A stretch of DNA of 64,000 nt from NCBI RefSeq assembly GCF_009914755.1, contig NC_060938.1, one strand, 5' to 3'. Positions 29,129 through 44,200 of the stretch are shown piece after piece; position 1 is the stretch's first letter, and every line of letters starts with the position of its first letter. The translations under genes were made by a program, and so were the position numbers. This DNA comes from the human T2T-CHM13v2.0 reference genome, Homo sapiens. Below the pieces are notes generated by a model. That model worked only from the letters and a program-made list of their open reading frames with translations. It did not search any database and was not told the DNA's origin.

Positions 29129-30830
29129 GTGCCTCAAAGCTGCTCTCTGAAACGGAATGTTCAACTCTATGAGTTGAATGCAAACATCGCAAAGACGTTT
29201 CTGAGAATGCTTCTGTCTAGATTTGATATGAAGATATTCCCGTTTCCAACGAAATCTTCAAATCTATCCAAATGTCCACTTGCAGATTCAACAAAAAGTG
29301 TTTTTCAGAACTGCTCTATCAAAAGAAAGATCCACCTCTGTTAGCTGAGTTCACACATCACAAACAAGTTTATGAGAATGCTTCTGTCTAGTTTTTATTT
29401 GAAGATATTTCCTTTCTCACCATAGAGCTGAAAGCTGTCCTAATGTTCACTTCCAGATACTACAGAAAGAGTGTTTCAAAACTGCTGTACGAAAGGGAAT
29501 GTTCAACTCTGTGACTTGAATGCACACATCACAAAGAAGTTTCTGAGGATGCTGCTGTCTACTTTTTATACGTAATCCCGTTTCCAACGAAATCCTCCAA
29601 GCTATCCAAATATCCACTTGCAGATTCCACAGAAAGACTGTTTCAAAACTGCTCTGTCAATAGAAAGGTTCAACTCTGTTAGCTGCGTGCATATATCCCA
29701 AAGAAGATTCTGAGATTGCTTCTGTCTAGTTTTTATGGGAAGATATTTCCCTTTTCACCGTAGGTGTCAAGGCGCTCCAAATGTCCACTTCCAGATACTA
29801 CAAAAAGAGTGTTTCAAACCTACTCTGTGAAAGGGAATATTCAACTCTGTGACTTGAATGCACACATCACAAAGAAGTTTCTGAGGATGCTGCTGTCTAC
29901 TTTTTATACGTAATCCCGTTTCCAACGAAATCCTCCAAGCTATCCAAATATCCACTTGCAGATTCCACAGAAAGACTGTTTCAAAACTGCTCTGTCAATA
30001 GAAAGGTTCAACTCTGTTAGCTGCATGCATATATCCCAAAGAAGATTCTGAGATTGCTTCTGTCTAGTTTTTATGGGAAGATATTTCCCTTTTCACCGTA
30101 GGCGTCAAGGCGCTCCAAATGTCCACTTCCAGATACTACAAAAAGAGTGTTTCAAACCTACTCTGTGAAAGGGAATATTCAACTCTGTGACTTGAATGCA
30201 CATATCACAAGGAAGTTTCTGAGAATGCTTCTGTCGAGATTTTATATGAAGATATTCCCGTTTCCAACGAAATCCTGAAATCTATCCAAATATCCCCTTG
30301 CAGATTCTACAAAAAGAGTGTTTCAAAACTGCTCTGTAAAAAGAAAGGTTCAACTCTGTTAGTTGAGTACACACATCACAAACAAGTTTCACACAATGCT
30401 TCTTTCTAGCTTGTAGGGGAAGATATTCCCTTTATCACCATGGGCCTCAAACCGTCCGAAAAGTCCACTTCCATATACTACAAAAAGAGCGTTTCAAACC
30501 TGCTCTATGAAAGGCAATGTTCAACTCTGTGACTTGAATGCAGACATCACAGAGCAGTTTCTGAGAATGCTTCTGTCTAGATTTTATAGGAAGATATTCC
30601 CGTTTCCAACGAAATCTTCACAGCTATCCAAATATCCACTTGCAGATTCTACAAAAAGAGTGTATCAAAACTGCTCTGTCAAAAGGAAGGTTCTTTTCTG
30701 TTAGGTGAGTGCATACGTCATAAAGGAGTTTCTGAGAATGTTTCTGTCTAGTGGTTATGGGAAGATATTTGCTTTTTCACCGTAGGCCTCAGAGCGCTCC
30801 AAATATCCACTTGCACATACTACAAAAAGA
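29129..30830 (-). repeat. 10-mer HOR variant, duplicated dimer at 29502-30177
   Basis: Interval 1702; same junction. Confidence 0.95.
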
Positions 30831-33558
30831 GTGCCTCAAAGCTGCTCTCTGAAACGGAATGTTCAACTCTATGAGTTGAATGCAAACATCGCAAAGACGT
30901 TTCTGAGAATGCTTCTGTCTAGATTTGATATGAAGATATTCCCGTTTCCAACGAAATCTTCAAATCTATCCAAATGTCCACTTGCAGATTCAACAAAAAG
31001 TGTTTTTCAGAACTGCTCTATCAAAAGAAAGATCCACCTCTGTTAGCTGAGTTCACACATCACAAACAAGTTTATGAGAATGCTTCTGTCTAGTTTTTAT
31101 TTGAAGATATTTCCTTTCTCACCATAGAGCTGAAAGCTGTCCTAATGTTCACTTCCAGATACTACAGAAAGAGTGTTTCAAAACTGCTGTACGAAAGGGA
31201 ATGTTCAACTCTGTGACTTGAATGCACACATCACAAAGAAGTTTCTGAGGATGCTGCTGTCTACTTTTTATACGTAATCCCGTTTCCAACGAAATCCTCC
31301 AAGCTATCCAAATATCCACTTGCAGATTCCACAGAAAGACTGTTTCAAAACTGCTCTGTCAATAGAAAGGTTCAACTCTGTTAGCTGCGTGCATATATCC
31401 CAAAGAAGATTCTGAGATTGCTTCTGTCTAGTTTTTATGGGAAGATATTTCCCTTTTCACCGTAGGTGTCAAGGCGCTCCAAATGTCCACTTCCAGATAC
31501 TACAAAAAGAGTGTTTCAAACCTACTCTGTGAAAGGGAATATTCAACTCTGTGACTTGAATGCACATATCACAAAGAAGTTTCTGAGAATGCTTCTGTCG
31601 AGATTTTATATGAAGATATTCCCGTTTCCAACGAAATGCTGAAATCTATCCAAATATCCCCTCGCAGATTCTACAAAAAGAGTGTTTCAAAACTGCTCTG
31701 TGAAAAGAAAGGTTCAACTCTGTTAGTTGAGTACACACATCACAAACAAGTTTCACAGAATGCTTCTTTCTAGCTTGTAGGGGAAGATATTCCCTTTATC
31801 ACCATGGGCCTCAAACCGTCCGAAAAGTCCACTTCCATATACTACAAAAAGAGCGTTTCAAACCTGCTCTATGAAAGGCAATGTTCAACTCTGTGACTTG
31901 AATGCAGACATCACAGAGCAGTTTCTGAGAATGCTTCTGTCTAGATTTTATAGGAAGATATTCCCGTTTCCAACGAAATCTTCACAGCTATCCAAATATC
32001 CACTTGCAGATTCTACAAAAAGAGTGTATCAAAACTGCTCTGTCAAAAGGAAGGTTCTTTTCTGTTAGGTGAGTGCATACGTCATAAAGGAGTTTCTGAG
32101 AATGTTTCTGTCTAGTGGTTATGGGAAGATATTTGCTTTTTCACCGTAGGCCTCAGAGCGCTCCAAATATCCACTTGCACATACTACAAAAAGAGTGCCT
32201 CAAAGCTGCTCTCTGAAACGGAATGTTCAACTCTATGAGTTGAATGCAAACATCGCAAAGACGTTTCTGAGAATGCTTCTGTCTAGATTTGATATGAAGA
32301 TATTCCCGTTTCCAACGAAATCTTCAAATCTATCCAAATGTCCACTTGCAGATTCAACAAAAAGTGTTTTTCAGAACTGCTCTATCAAAAGAAAGATCCA
32401 CCTCTGTTAGCTGAGTTCAGACATCACAAACAAGTTTATGAGAATGCTTCTGTCTAGTTTTTATTTGAAGATATTTCCTTTCTCACCATAGACCTGAAAG
32501 CTGTCCTAATTTTCACTTCCAGTTACTACAGAAAGAGTGTTTCAAAACTGCTGTACGAAAGGGAATGTTCAACTCTGTGACTTGAATGCACACATCACAA
32601 AGAAGTTTCTGAGGATGCTGCTGTCTACTTTTTATACGTAATCCCGTTTCCAACGAAATCCTCCAAGCTATCCAAATATCCACTTGCAGATTCCACAGAA
32701 AGACTGTTTCAAAACTGCTCTGTCAATAGAAAGGTTCAACTCTGTTAGCTGCGTGCATATATCCCAAAGAAGATTCTGAGATTGCTTCTGTCTAGTTTTT
32801 ATGGGAAGATATTTCCCTTTTCACCGTAGGCGTCAAGGCGCTCCAAATGTCCACTTCCAGATACTACAAAAAGAGTGTTTCAAACCTACTCTGTGAAAGG
32901 GAATATTCAACTCTGTGACTTGAATGCACATATCACAAGGAAGTTTCTGAGAATGCTTCTGTCGAGATTTTATATGAAGATATTCCCGTTTCCAACGAAA
33001 TCCTGAAATCTATCCAAATATCCCCTTGCAGATTCTACAAAAAGAGTGTTTCAAAACTGCTCTGTAAAAAGAAAGGTTCAACTCTGTTAGTTGAGTACAC
33101 ACATCACAAACAAGTTTCACAGAATGCTTCTTTCTAGCTTGTAGGGGAAGATATTCCCTTTATCACCATGGGCCTCAAACCGTCCGATAAGTCCACTTCC
33201 ATATACTACAAAAAGAGCGTTTCAAACCTGCTCTATGAAAGGCAATGTTCAACTCTGTGACTTGAATGCAGACATCACAGAGCAGTTTCTGAGAATGCTT
33301 CTGTCTAGATTTTATAGGAAGATATTCCCGTTTCCAACGAAATCTTCACAGCTATCCAAATATCCACTTGCAGATTCTACAAAAAGAGTGTATCAAAACT
33401 GCTCTGTCAAAAGGAAGGTTCTTTTCTGTTAGGTGAGTGCATACGTCATAAAGGAGTTTCTGAGAATGTTTCTGTCTAGTGGTTATGGGAAGATATTTGC
33501 TTTTTCACCGTAGGCCTCAGAGCGCTCCAAATATCCACTTGCACATACTACAAAAAGA

Positions 33559-35260
33559 GTGCCTCAAAGCTGCTCTCTGAAACGGAATGTTCAACTCTAT
33601 GAGTTGAATGCAAACATCGCAAAGACGTTTCTGAGAATGCTTCTGTCTAGATTTGATATGAAGATATTCCCGTTTCCAACGAAATCTTCAAATCTATCCA
33701 AATGTCCACTTGCAGATTCAACAAAAAGTGTTTTTCAGAACTGCTCTATCAAAAGAAAGATCCACCTCTGTTAGCTGAGTTCACACATCACAAACAAGTT
33801 TATGAGAATGCTTCTGTCTAGTTTTTATTTGAAGATATTTCCTTTCTCACCATAGAGCTGAAAGCTGTCCTAATGTTCACTTCCAGATACTACAGAAAGA
33901 GTGTTTCAAAACTGCTGTACGAAAGGGAATGTTCAACTCTGTGACTTGAATGCACACATCACAAAGAAGTTTCTGAGGATGCTGCTGTCTACTTTTTATA
34001 CGTAATCCCGTTTCCAACGAAATCCTCCAAGCTATCCAAATATCCACTTGCAGATTCCACAGAAAGACTGTTTCAAAACTGCTCTGTCAATAGAAAGGTT
34101 CAACTCTGTTAGCTGCGTGCATATATCCCAAAGAAGATTCTGAGATTGCTTCTGTCTAGTTTTTATGGGAAGATATTTCCCTTTTCACCGTAGGTGTCAA
34201 GGCGCTCCAAATGTCCACTTCCAGATACTACAAAAAGAGTGTTTCAAACCTACTCTGTGAAAGGGAATATTCAACTCTGTGACTTGAATGCACACATCAC
34301 AAAGAAGTTTCTGAGGATGCTGCTGTCTACTTTTTATACGTAATCCCGTTTCCAACGAAATCCTCCAAGCTATCCAAATATCCACTTGCAGATTCCACAG
34401 AAAGACTGTTTCAAAACTGCTCTGTCAATAGAAAGGTTCAACTCTGTTAGCTGCATGCATATATCCCAAAGAAGATTCTGAGATTGCTTCTGTCTAGTTT
34501 TTATGGGAAGATATTTCCCTTTTCACCGTAGGCGTCAAGGCGCTCCAAATGTCCACTTCCAGATACTACAAAAAGAGTGTTTCAAACCTACTCTGTGAAA
34601 GGGAATATTCAACTCTGTGACTTGAATGCACATATCACAAGGAAGTTTCTGAGAATGCTTCTGTCGAGATTTTATATGAAGATATTCCCGTTTCCAACGA
34701 AATCCTGAAATCTATCCAAATATCCCCTTGCAGATTCTACAAAAAGAGTGTTTCAAAACTGCTCTGTAAAAAGAAAGGTTCAACTCTGTTAGTTGAGTAC
34801 ACACATCACAAACAAGTTTCACACAATGCTTCTTTCTAGCTTGTAGGGGAAGATATTCCCTTTATCACCATGGGCCTCAAACCGTCCGAAAAGTCCACTT
34901 CCATATACTACAAAAAGAGCGTTTCAAACCTGCTCTATGAAAGGCAATGTTCAACTCTGTGACTTGAATGCAGACATCACAGAGCAGTTTCTGAGAATGC
35001 TTCTGTCTAGATTTTATAGGAAGATATTCCCGTTTCCAACGAAATCTTCACAGCTATCCAAATATCCACTTGCAGATTCTACAAAAAGAGTGTATCAAAA
35101 CTGCTCTGTCAAAAGGAAGGTTCTTTTCTGTTAGGTGAGTGCATACGTCATAAAGGAGTTTCTGAGAATGTTTCTGTCTAGTGGTTATGGGAAGATATTT
35201 GCTTTTTCACCGTAGGCCTCAGAGCGCTCCAAATATCCACTTGCACATACTACAAAAAGA
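33559..35260 (-). repeat. 10-mer HOR variant, duplicated dimer at 33932-34607
   Basis: Interval 1702; same junction. Confidence 0.95.
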
Positions 35261-38200
35261 GTGCCTCAAAGCTGCTCTCTGAAACGGAATGTTCAACTCT
35301 ATGAGTTGAATGCAAACATCGCAAAGACGTTTCTGAGAATGCTTCTGTCTAGATTTGATATGAAGATATTCCCGTTTCCAACGAAATCTTCAAATCTATC
35401 CAAATGTCCACTTGCAGATTCAACAAAAAGTGTTTTTCAGAACTGCTCTATCAAAAGAAAGATCCACCTCTGTTAGCTGAGTTCACACATCACAAACAAG
35501 TTTATGAGAATGCTTCTGTCTAGTTTTTATTTGAAGATATTTCCTTTCTCACCATAGAGCTGAAAGCTGTCCTAATGTTCACTTCCAGATACTACAGAAA
35601 GAGTGTTTCAAAACTGCTGTACGAAAGGGAATGTTCAACTCTGTGACTTGAATGCACACATCACAAAGAAGTTTCTGAGGATGCTGCTGTCTACTTTTTA
35701 TACGTAATCCCGTTTCCAACGAAATCCTCCAAGCTATCCAAATATCCACTTACAGATTCCACAGAAAGACTGTTTCAAAACTGCTCTGTCAATAGAAAGG
35801 TTCAACTCTGTTAGCTGCATGCATATATCCCAAAGAAGATTCTGAGATTGCTTCTGTCTAGTTTTTATGGGAAGATATTTCCCTTTTCACCGTAGGCGTC
35901 AAGGCGCTCCAAATGTCCACTTCCAGATACTACAAAAAGAGTGTTTCAAACCTACTCTGTGAAAGGGAATATTCAACTCTGTGACTTGAATGCACATATC
36001 ACAAGGAAGTTTCTGAGAATGCTTCTGTCGAGATTTTATATGAAGATATTCCCGTTTCCAACGAAATCCTGAAATCTATCCAAATATCCCCTTGCAGATT
36101 CTACAAAAAGAGTGTTTCAAAACTGCTCTGTAAAAAGAAAGGTTCAACTCTGTTAGTTGAGTACACACATCACAAACAAGTTTCACACAATGCTTCTTTC
36201 TAGCTTGTAGGGGAAGATATTCCCTTTATCACCATGGGCCTCAAACCGTCCGAAAAGTCCACTTCCATATACTACAAAAAGAGCGTTTGAAACCTGCTCT
36301 ATGAAAGGCAATGTTCAACTCTGTGACTTGAATGCAGACATCACAGAGCAGTTTCTGAGAATGCTTCTGTCTAGATTTTATAGGAAGATATTCCCGTTTC
36401 CAACGAAATCTTCACAGCTATCCAAATATCCACTTGCAGATTCTACAAAAAGAGTGTATCAAAACTGCTCTGTCAAAAGGAAGGTTCTTTTCTGTTAGGT
36501 GAGTGCATACGTCATAAAGGAGTTTCTGAGAATGTTTCTGTCTAGTGGTTATGGGAAGATATTTGCTTTTTCACCGTAGGCCTCAGAGCGCTCCAAATAT
36601 CCACTTGCACATACTACAAAAAGAGTGCCTCAAAGCTGCTCTCTGAAACGGAATGTTCAACTCTATGAGTTGAATGCAAACATCGCAAAGACGTTTCTGA
36701 GAATGCTTCTGTCTAGATTTGATATGAAGATATTCCCGTTTCCAACGAAATCTTCAAATCTATCCAAATGTCCACTTGCAGATTCAACAAAAAGTGTTTT
36801 TCAGAACTGCTCTATCAAAAGAAAGATCCACCTCTGTTAGCTGAGTTCACACATCACAAACAAGTTTATGAGAATGCTTCTGTCTAGTTTTTATTTGAAG
36901 ATATTTCCTTTCTCACCATAGAGCTAAAAGCTGTCCTAATGTTCACTTCCAGATACTACAGAAAGAGTGTTTCAAAACTGCTGTACGAAAGGGAATGTTC
37001 AACTCTGTGACTTGAATGCACACATCACAAAGAAGTTTCTGAGGATGCTGCTGTCTACTTTTTATACGTAATCCCGTTTCCAACGAAATCCTCCAAGCTA
37101 TCCAAATATCCACTTGCAGATTCCACAGAAAGACTGTTTCAAAACTGCTCTGTCAATAGAAAGGTTCAACTCTGTTAGCTGCATGCATATATCCCAAAGA
37201 AGATTCTGAGATTGCTTCTGTCTAGTTTTTATGGGAAGATATTTCCCTTTTCACCGTAGGCGTCAAGGCGCTTCAAATGTCTACTTCCAGATACTACAAA
37301 AAGAGTGTTTCAAACCTACTCTGTGAAAGGGAATATTCAACTCTGTGACTTGAATGCACATATCACAAGGAAGTTTCTGAGAATGCTTCTGTCGAGATTT
37401 TATATGAAGATATTCCCGTTTCCAACGAAATCCTGAAATCTATCCAAATATCCCCTTGCAGATTCTACAAAAAGAGTGTTTCAAAACTGCTCTGTGAAAA
37501 GAAAGGTTCAACTCTGTTAGTTGAGTACACACATCACAAACAAGTTTCACAGAATGCTTCTTTCTAGCTTGTAGGGGAAGATATTCCCTTTATCACCATG
37601 GGCCTCAAACCGTCCGATAAGTCCACTTCCATATACTACAAAAAGAGCGTTTCAAACCTGCTCTATGAAAGGCAATGTTCAACTCTGTGACTTGAATGCA
37701 GACATCACAGAGCAGTTTCTGAGAATGCTTCTGTCTAGATTTTATAGGAAGATATTCCCGTTTCCAACGAAATCTTCACAGCTATCCAAATATCCACTTG
37801 CAGATTCTACAAAAAGAGTGTATCAAAACTGCTCTGTCAAAAGGAAGGTTCTTTTCTGTTAGGTGAGTGCATACGTCATAAAGGAGTTTCTGAGAATGTT
37901 TCTGTCTAGTGGTTATGGGAAGATATTTGCTTTTTCACCGTAGGCCTCAGAGCGCTCCAAATATCCACTTGCACATACTACAAAAAGAGTGCCTCAAAGC
38001 TGCTCTCTGAAACGGAATGTTCAACTCTATGAGTTGAATGCAAACATCGCAAAGACGTTTCTGAGAATGCTTCTGTCTAGATTTGATATGAAGATATTCC
38101 CGTTTCCAACGAAATCTTCAAATCTATCCAAATGTCCACTTGCAGATTCAACAAAAAGTGTTTTTCAGAACTGCTCTATCAAAAGAAAGATCCACCTCTG

Positions 38201-41200
38201 TTAGCTGAGTTCACACATCACAAACAAGTTTATGAGAATGCTTCTGTCTAGTTTTTATTTGAAGATATTTCCTTTCTCACCATAGAGCTGAAAGCTGTCC
38301 TAATGTTCACTTCCAGATACTACAGAAAGAGTGTTTCAAAACTGCTGTACGAAAGGGAATGTTCAACTATGTGACTTGAATGCACACATCACAAAGAAGT
38401 TTCTGAGGATGCTGCTGTCTACTTTTTATACGTAATCCCGTTTCCAACGAAATCCTCCAAGCTATCCAAATATCCACTTGCAGATTCCACAGAAAGACTG
38501 TTTCAAAACTGCTCTGTCAATAGAAAGGTTCAACTCTGTTAGCTGCGTGCATATATCCCAAAGAAGATTCTGAGATTGCTTCTGTCTAGTTTTTATGGGA
38601 AGATATTTCCCTTTTCACCGTAGGTGTCAAGGCGCTCCAAATGTCCACTTCCAGATACTACAAAAAGAGTGTTTCAAACCTACTCTGTGAAAGGGAATAT
38701 TCAACTCTGTGACTTGAATGCACATATCACAAAGAAGTTTCTGAGAATGCTTCTGTCGAGATTTTATATGAAGATATTCCCGTTTCCAACGAAATGCTGA
38801 AATCTATCCAAATATCCCCTCGCAGATTCTACAAAAAGAGTGTTTCAAAACTGCTCTGTGAAAAGAAAGGTTCAACTCTGTTAGTTGAGTACACACATCA
38901 CAAACAAGTTTCACAGAATGCTTCTTTCTAGCTTGTAGGGGAAGATATTCCCTTTATCACCATGGGCCTCCAACCGTCCGAAACATCCACTTCCATATAC
39001 TACAAAAAGAGCGTTTCAAACCTGCTCTATGAAAGGCAATGTTCAACTCTGTGACTTGAATGCAGACATCACAGAGCAGTTTCTGAGAATGCTTCTGTCT
39101 AGATTTTATAGGAAGATATTCCCGTTTCCAACGAAATCTTCACAGCTATCCAAATATCCACTTGCAGATTCTACAAAAAGAGTGTATCAAAACTGCTCTG
39201 TCAAAAGGAAGGTTCTTCTCTGTTAGGTGAGTGCATACGTCATAAAGGAGTTTCTGAGAATGTTTCTGTCTAGTGGTTATGGGAAGATATTTGCTTTTTC
39301 ACCGTAGGACTCAGAGCGCTCCAAATATCCACTTGCACATACTACAAAAAGAGTGCTTCAAAGCTGCTCTCTGAAACGGAATGTTCAACTCTATGAGTTG
39401 AATGCAAACATCACAAAGACGTTTCTGAGAATGCTTCTGTCTAGATTTGATATGAAGATATTCCCGTTTCCAACGAAATCTTCAAATCTATCCAAATGTC
39501 CACTTGCAGATTCAACAAAAAGTGTTTTTCAGAACTGCTCTATCAAAAGAAAGATCCACCTCTGTTAGCTGAGTTCACACATCACAAACAACTTTATGAG
39601 AATGCTTCTGTCTAGTTTTTATTTGAAGATATTTCCTTTCTCACCATAGAGCTGAAAGCTGTCCTAATGTTCACTTCCAGATACTACAGAAAGAGTGTTT
39701 CAAAACTGCTGTACGAAAGGGAATGTTCAACTCTGTGACTTGAATGCACACATCACAAAGAAGTTTCTGAGGATGCTGCTGTCTACTTTTTATACGTAAT
39801 CCCGTTTCCAACGAAATCCTCCAAGCTATCCAAATATCCACTTGCAGATTCCACAGAAAGACTGTTTCAAAACTGCTCTGTCAATAGAAAGGTTCAACTC
39901 TGTTAGCTGCATGCATATATCCCAAAGAAGATTCTGAGATTGCTTCTGTCTAGTTTTTATGGGAAGATATTTCCCTTTTCACCGTAGGCGTCAAGGCGCT
40001 CCAAATGTCCACTTCCAGATACTACAAAAAGAGTGTTTCAAACCTACTCTGTGAAAGGGAATATTCAACTCTGTGACTTGAATGCACATATCACAAGGAA
40101 GTTTCTGAGAATGCTTCTGTCGAGATTTTATATGAAGATATTCCCGTTTCCAACGAAATCCTGAAATGTATCCAAATATCCCCTTGCAGATTCTACAAAA
40201 AGAGTGTTTCAAAACTGCTCTGTAAAAAGAAAGGTTCAACTCTGTTAGTTGAGTACACACATCACAAACAAGTTTCACACAATGCTTCTTTCTAGCTTGT
40301 AGGGGAAGATATTCCCTTTATCACCATGGGCCTCAAACCGTCCGATAAGTCCACTTCCATATACTACAAAAAGAGCGTTTCAAACCTGCTCTATGAAAGG
40401 CAATGTTCAACTCTGTGACTTGAATGCAGACATCACAGAGCAGTTTCTGAGAATGCTTCTGTCTAGATTTTATAGGAAGATATTCCCGTTTCCAACGAAA
40501 TCTTCACAGCTATCCAAATATCCACTTGCAGATTCTACAAAAAGAGTGTATCAAAACTGCTCTGTCAAAAGGAAGGTTCTTCTCTGTTAGGTGAGTGCAT
40601 ACGTCATAAAGGAGTTTCTGAGAATGTTTCTGTCTAGTGGTTATGGGAAGATATTTGCTTTTTCACCGTAGGCCTCAGAGCGCTCCAAATATCCACTTGC
40701 ACATACTACAAAAAGAGTGCTTCAAAGCTGCTCTCTGAAACGGAATGTTCAACTCTATGAGTTGAATGCAAACATCACAAAGACGTTTCTGAGAATGCTT
40801 CTGTCTAGATTTGATATGAAGATATTCCCGTTTCCAACGAAATCTTCAAATCTATCCAAATGTCCACTTGCAGATTCAACAAAAAGTGTTTTTCAGAACT
40901 GCTCTATCAAAAGAAAGATCCACCTCTGTTAGCTGAGTTCACACATCACAAACAAGTTTATGAGAATGCTTCTGTCTAGTTTTTATTTGAAGATATTTCC
41001 TTTCTCACCATAGAGCTGAAAGCTGTCCTAATGTTCACTTCCAGATACTACAGAAAGAGTGTTTCAAAACTGCTGTACGAAAGGGAATGTTCAACTCTGT
41101 GACTTGAATGCACACATCACAAAGAAGTTTCTGAGGATGCTGCTGTCTACTTTTTATACGTAATCCCGTTTCCAACGAAATCCTCCAAGCTATCCAAATA

Positions 41201-44200
41201 TCCACTTGCAGATTCCACAGAAAGACTGTTTCAAAACTGCTCTGTCAATAGAAAGGTTCAACTCTGTTAGCTGCATGCATATATCCCAAAGAAGATTCTG
41301 AGATTGCTTCTGTCTAGTTTTTATGGGAAGATATTTCCCTTTTCACCGTAGGCGTCAAGGCGCTCCAAATGTCCACTTCCAGATACTACAAAAAGAGTGT
41401 TTCAAACCTACTCTGTGAAAGGGAATATTCAACTCTGTGACCTGAATGCACATATCACAAGGAAGTTTCTGAGAATGCTTCTGTCGAGATTTTATATGAA
41501 GATATTCCCGTTTCCAACGAAATCCTGAAATCTATCCAAATATCCCCTTGCAGATTCTACAAAAAGAGTGTTTCAAAACTGCTCTGTGAAAAGAAAGGTT
41601 CAACTCTGTTAGTTGAGTACACACATCACAAACAAGTTTCACAGAATGCTTCTTTCTAGCTTGTAGGGGAAGATATTCCCTTTATCACCATGGGCCTCCA
41701 ACCGTCCGAAACATCCACTTCCATATACTACAAAAAGAGCGTTTCAAACCTGCTCTATGAAAGGCAATGTTCAACTCTGTGACTTGAATGCAGACATCAC
41801 AGAGCAGTTTCTGAGAATGCTTCTGTCTAGATTTTATAGGAAGATATTCCCGTTTCCAACGAAATCTTCACAGCTATCCAAATATCCACTTGCAGATTCT
41901 ACAAAAAGAGTGTATCAAAACTGCTCTGTCAAAAGGAAGGTTCTTCTCTGTTAGGTGAGTGCATACGTCATAAAGGAGTTTCTGAGAATGTTTCTGTCTA
42001 GTGGTTATGGGAAGATATTTGCTTTTTCACCGTAGGCCTCAGAGCGCTCCAAATATCCACTTGCACATACTACAAAAAGAGTGCTTCAAAGCTGCTCTCT
42101 GAAACGGAATGTTCAACTCTATGAGTTGAATGCAAACATCACAAAGACGTTTCTGAGAATGCTTCTGTCTAGATTTGATATGAAGATATTCCCGTTTCCA
42201 ACGAAATCTTCAAATCTATCCAAATGTCCACTTGCAGATTCAACAAAAAGTGTTTTTCAGAACTGCTCTATCAAAAGAAAGATCCACCTCTGTTAGCTGA
42301 GTTCACACATCACAAACAAGTTTATGAGAATGCTTCTGTCTAGTTTTTATTTGAAGATATTTCCTTTCTCACCATAGAGCTGAAAGCTGTCCTAATGTTC
42401 ACTTCCAGATACTACAGAAAGAGTGTTTCAAAATTGCTGTACGAAAGGGAATGTTCAACTCTGTGACTTGAATGCACACATCACAAAGAAGTTTCTGAGG
42501 ATGCTGCTGTCTACTTTTTATACGTAATCCCGTTTCCAACGAAATCCTCCAAGCTATCCAAATATCCACTTGCAGATTCCACAGAAAGACTGTTTCAAAA
42601 CTGCTCTGTCAATAGAAAGGTTCAACTCTGTTAGCTGCATGCATATATCCCAAAGAAGATTCTGAGATTGCTTCTGTCTAGTTTTTATGGGAAGATATTT
42701 CCCTTTTCACCGTAGGCGTCAAGGCGCTCCAAATGTCCACTTCCAGATACTACAAAAAGAGTGTTTCAAACCTACTCTGTGAAAGGGAATATTCAACTCT
42801 GTGACTTGAATGCACATATCACAAGGAAGTTTCTGAGAATGCTTCTGTCGAGATTTTATATGAAGATATTCCCGTGTCCAACGAAATCCTGAAATCTATC
42901 CAAATATCCCCTTGCAGATTCTACAAAAAGAGTGTTTCAAAACTGCTCTGTAAAAAGAAAGGTTCAACTCTGTTAGTTGAGTACACACATCACAAACAAG
43001 TTTCACACAATGCTTCTTTCTAGCTTGTAGGGGAAGATATTCCCTTTATCACCATGGGCCTCAAACCGTCCGATAAGTCCACTTCCATATACTACAAAAA
43101 GAGCGTTTCAAACCTGCTCTATGAAAGGCAATGTTCAACTCTGTGACTTGAATGCAGACATCACAGAGCAGTTTCTGAGAATGCTTCTGTCTAGATTTTA
43201 TAGGAAGATATTCCCGTTTCCAACGAAATCTTCACAGCTATCCAAATATCCACTTGCAGATTCTACAAAAAGAGTGTATCAAAACTGCTCTGTCAAAAGG
43301 AAGGTTCTTTTCTGTTAGGTGAGTGCATACGTCATAAAGGAGTTTCTGAGAATGTTTCTGTCTAGTGGTTATGGGAAGATATTTGCTTTTTCACCGTAGG
43401 CCTCAGAGCGCTCCAAATATCCACTTGCACATACTACAAAAAGAGTGCCTCAAAGCTGCTCTCTGAAACGGAATGTTCAACTCTATGAGTTGAATGCAAA
43501 CATCGCAAAGACGTTTCTGAGAATGCTTCTGTCTAGATTTGATATGAAGATATTCCCGTTTCCAACGAAATCTTCAAATCTATCCAAATGTCCACTTGCA
43601 GATTCAACAAAAAGTGTTTTTCAGAACTGCTCTATCAAAAGAAAGATCCACCTCTGTTAGCTGAGTTTACACATCACAAACAAGTTTATGAGAATGCTTC
43701 TGTCTAGTTTTTATTTGAAGATATTTCCTTTCTCACCATAGAGCTGAAAGCTGTCCTAATGTTCACTTCCAGATACTACAGAAAGAGTGTTTCAAAACTG
43801 CTGTACGAAAGGGAATGTTCAACTATGTGACTTGAATGCACACATCACAAAGAAGTTTCTGAGGATGCTGCTGTCTACTTTTTATACGTAATCCCGTTTC
43901 CAACGAAATCCTCCAAGCTATCCAAATATCCACTTGCAGATTCCACAGAAAGACTGTTTCAAAACTGCTCTGTCAATAGAAAGGTTCAACTCTGTTAGCT
44001 GCGTGCATATATCCCAAAGAAGATTCTGAGATTGCTTCTGTCTAGTTTTTATGGGAAGATATTTCCCTTTTCACCGTAGGTGTCAAGGCGCTCCAAATGT
44101 CCACTTCCAGATACTACAAAAAGAGTGTTTCAAACCTACTCTGTGAAAGGGAATATTCAACTCTGTGACTTGAATGCACATATCACAAAGAAGTTTCTGA

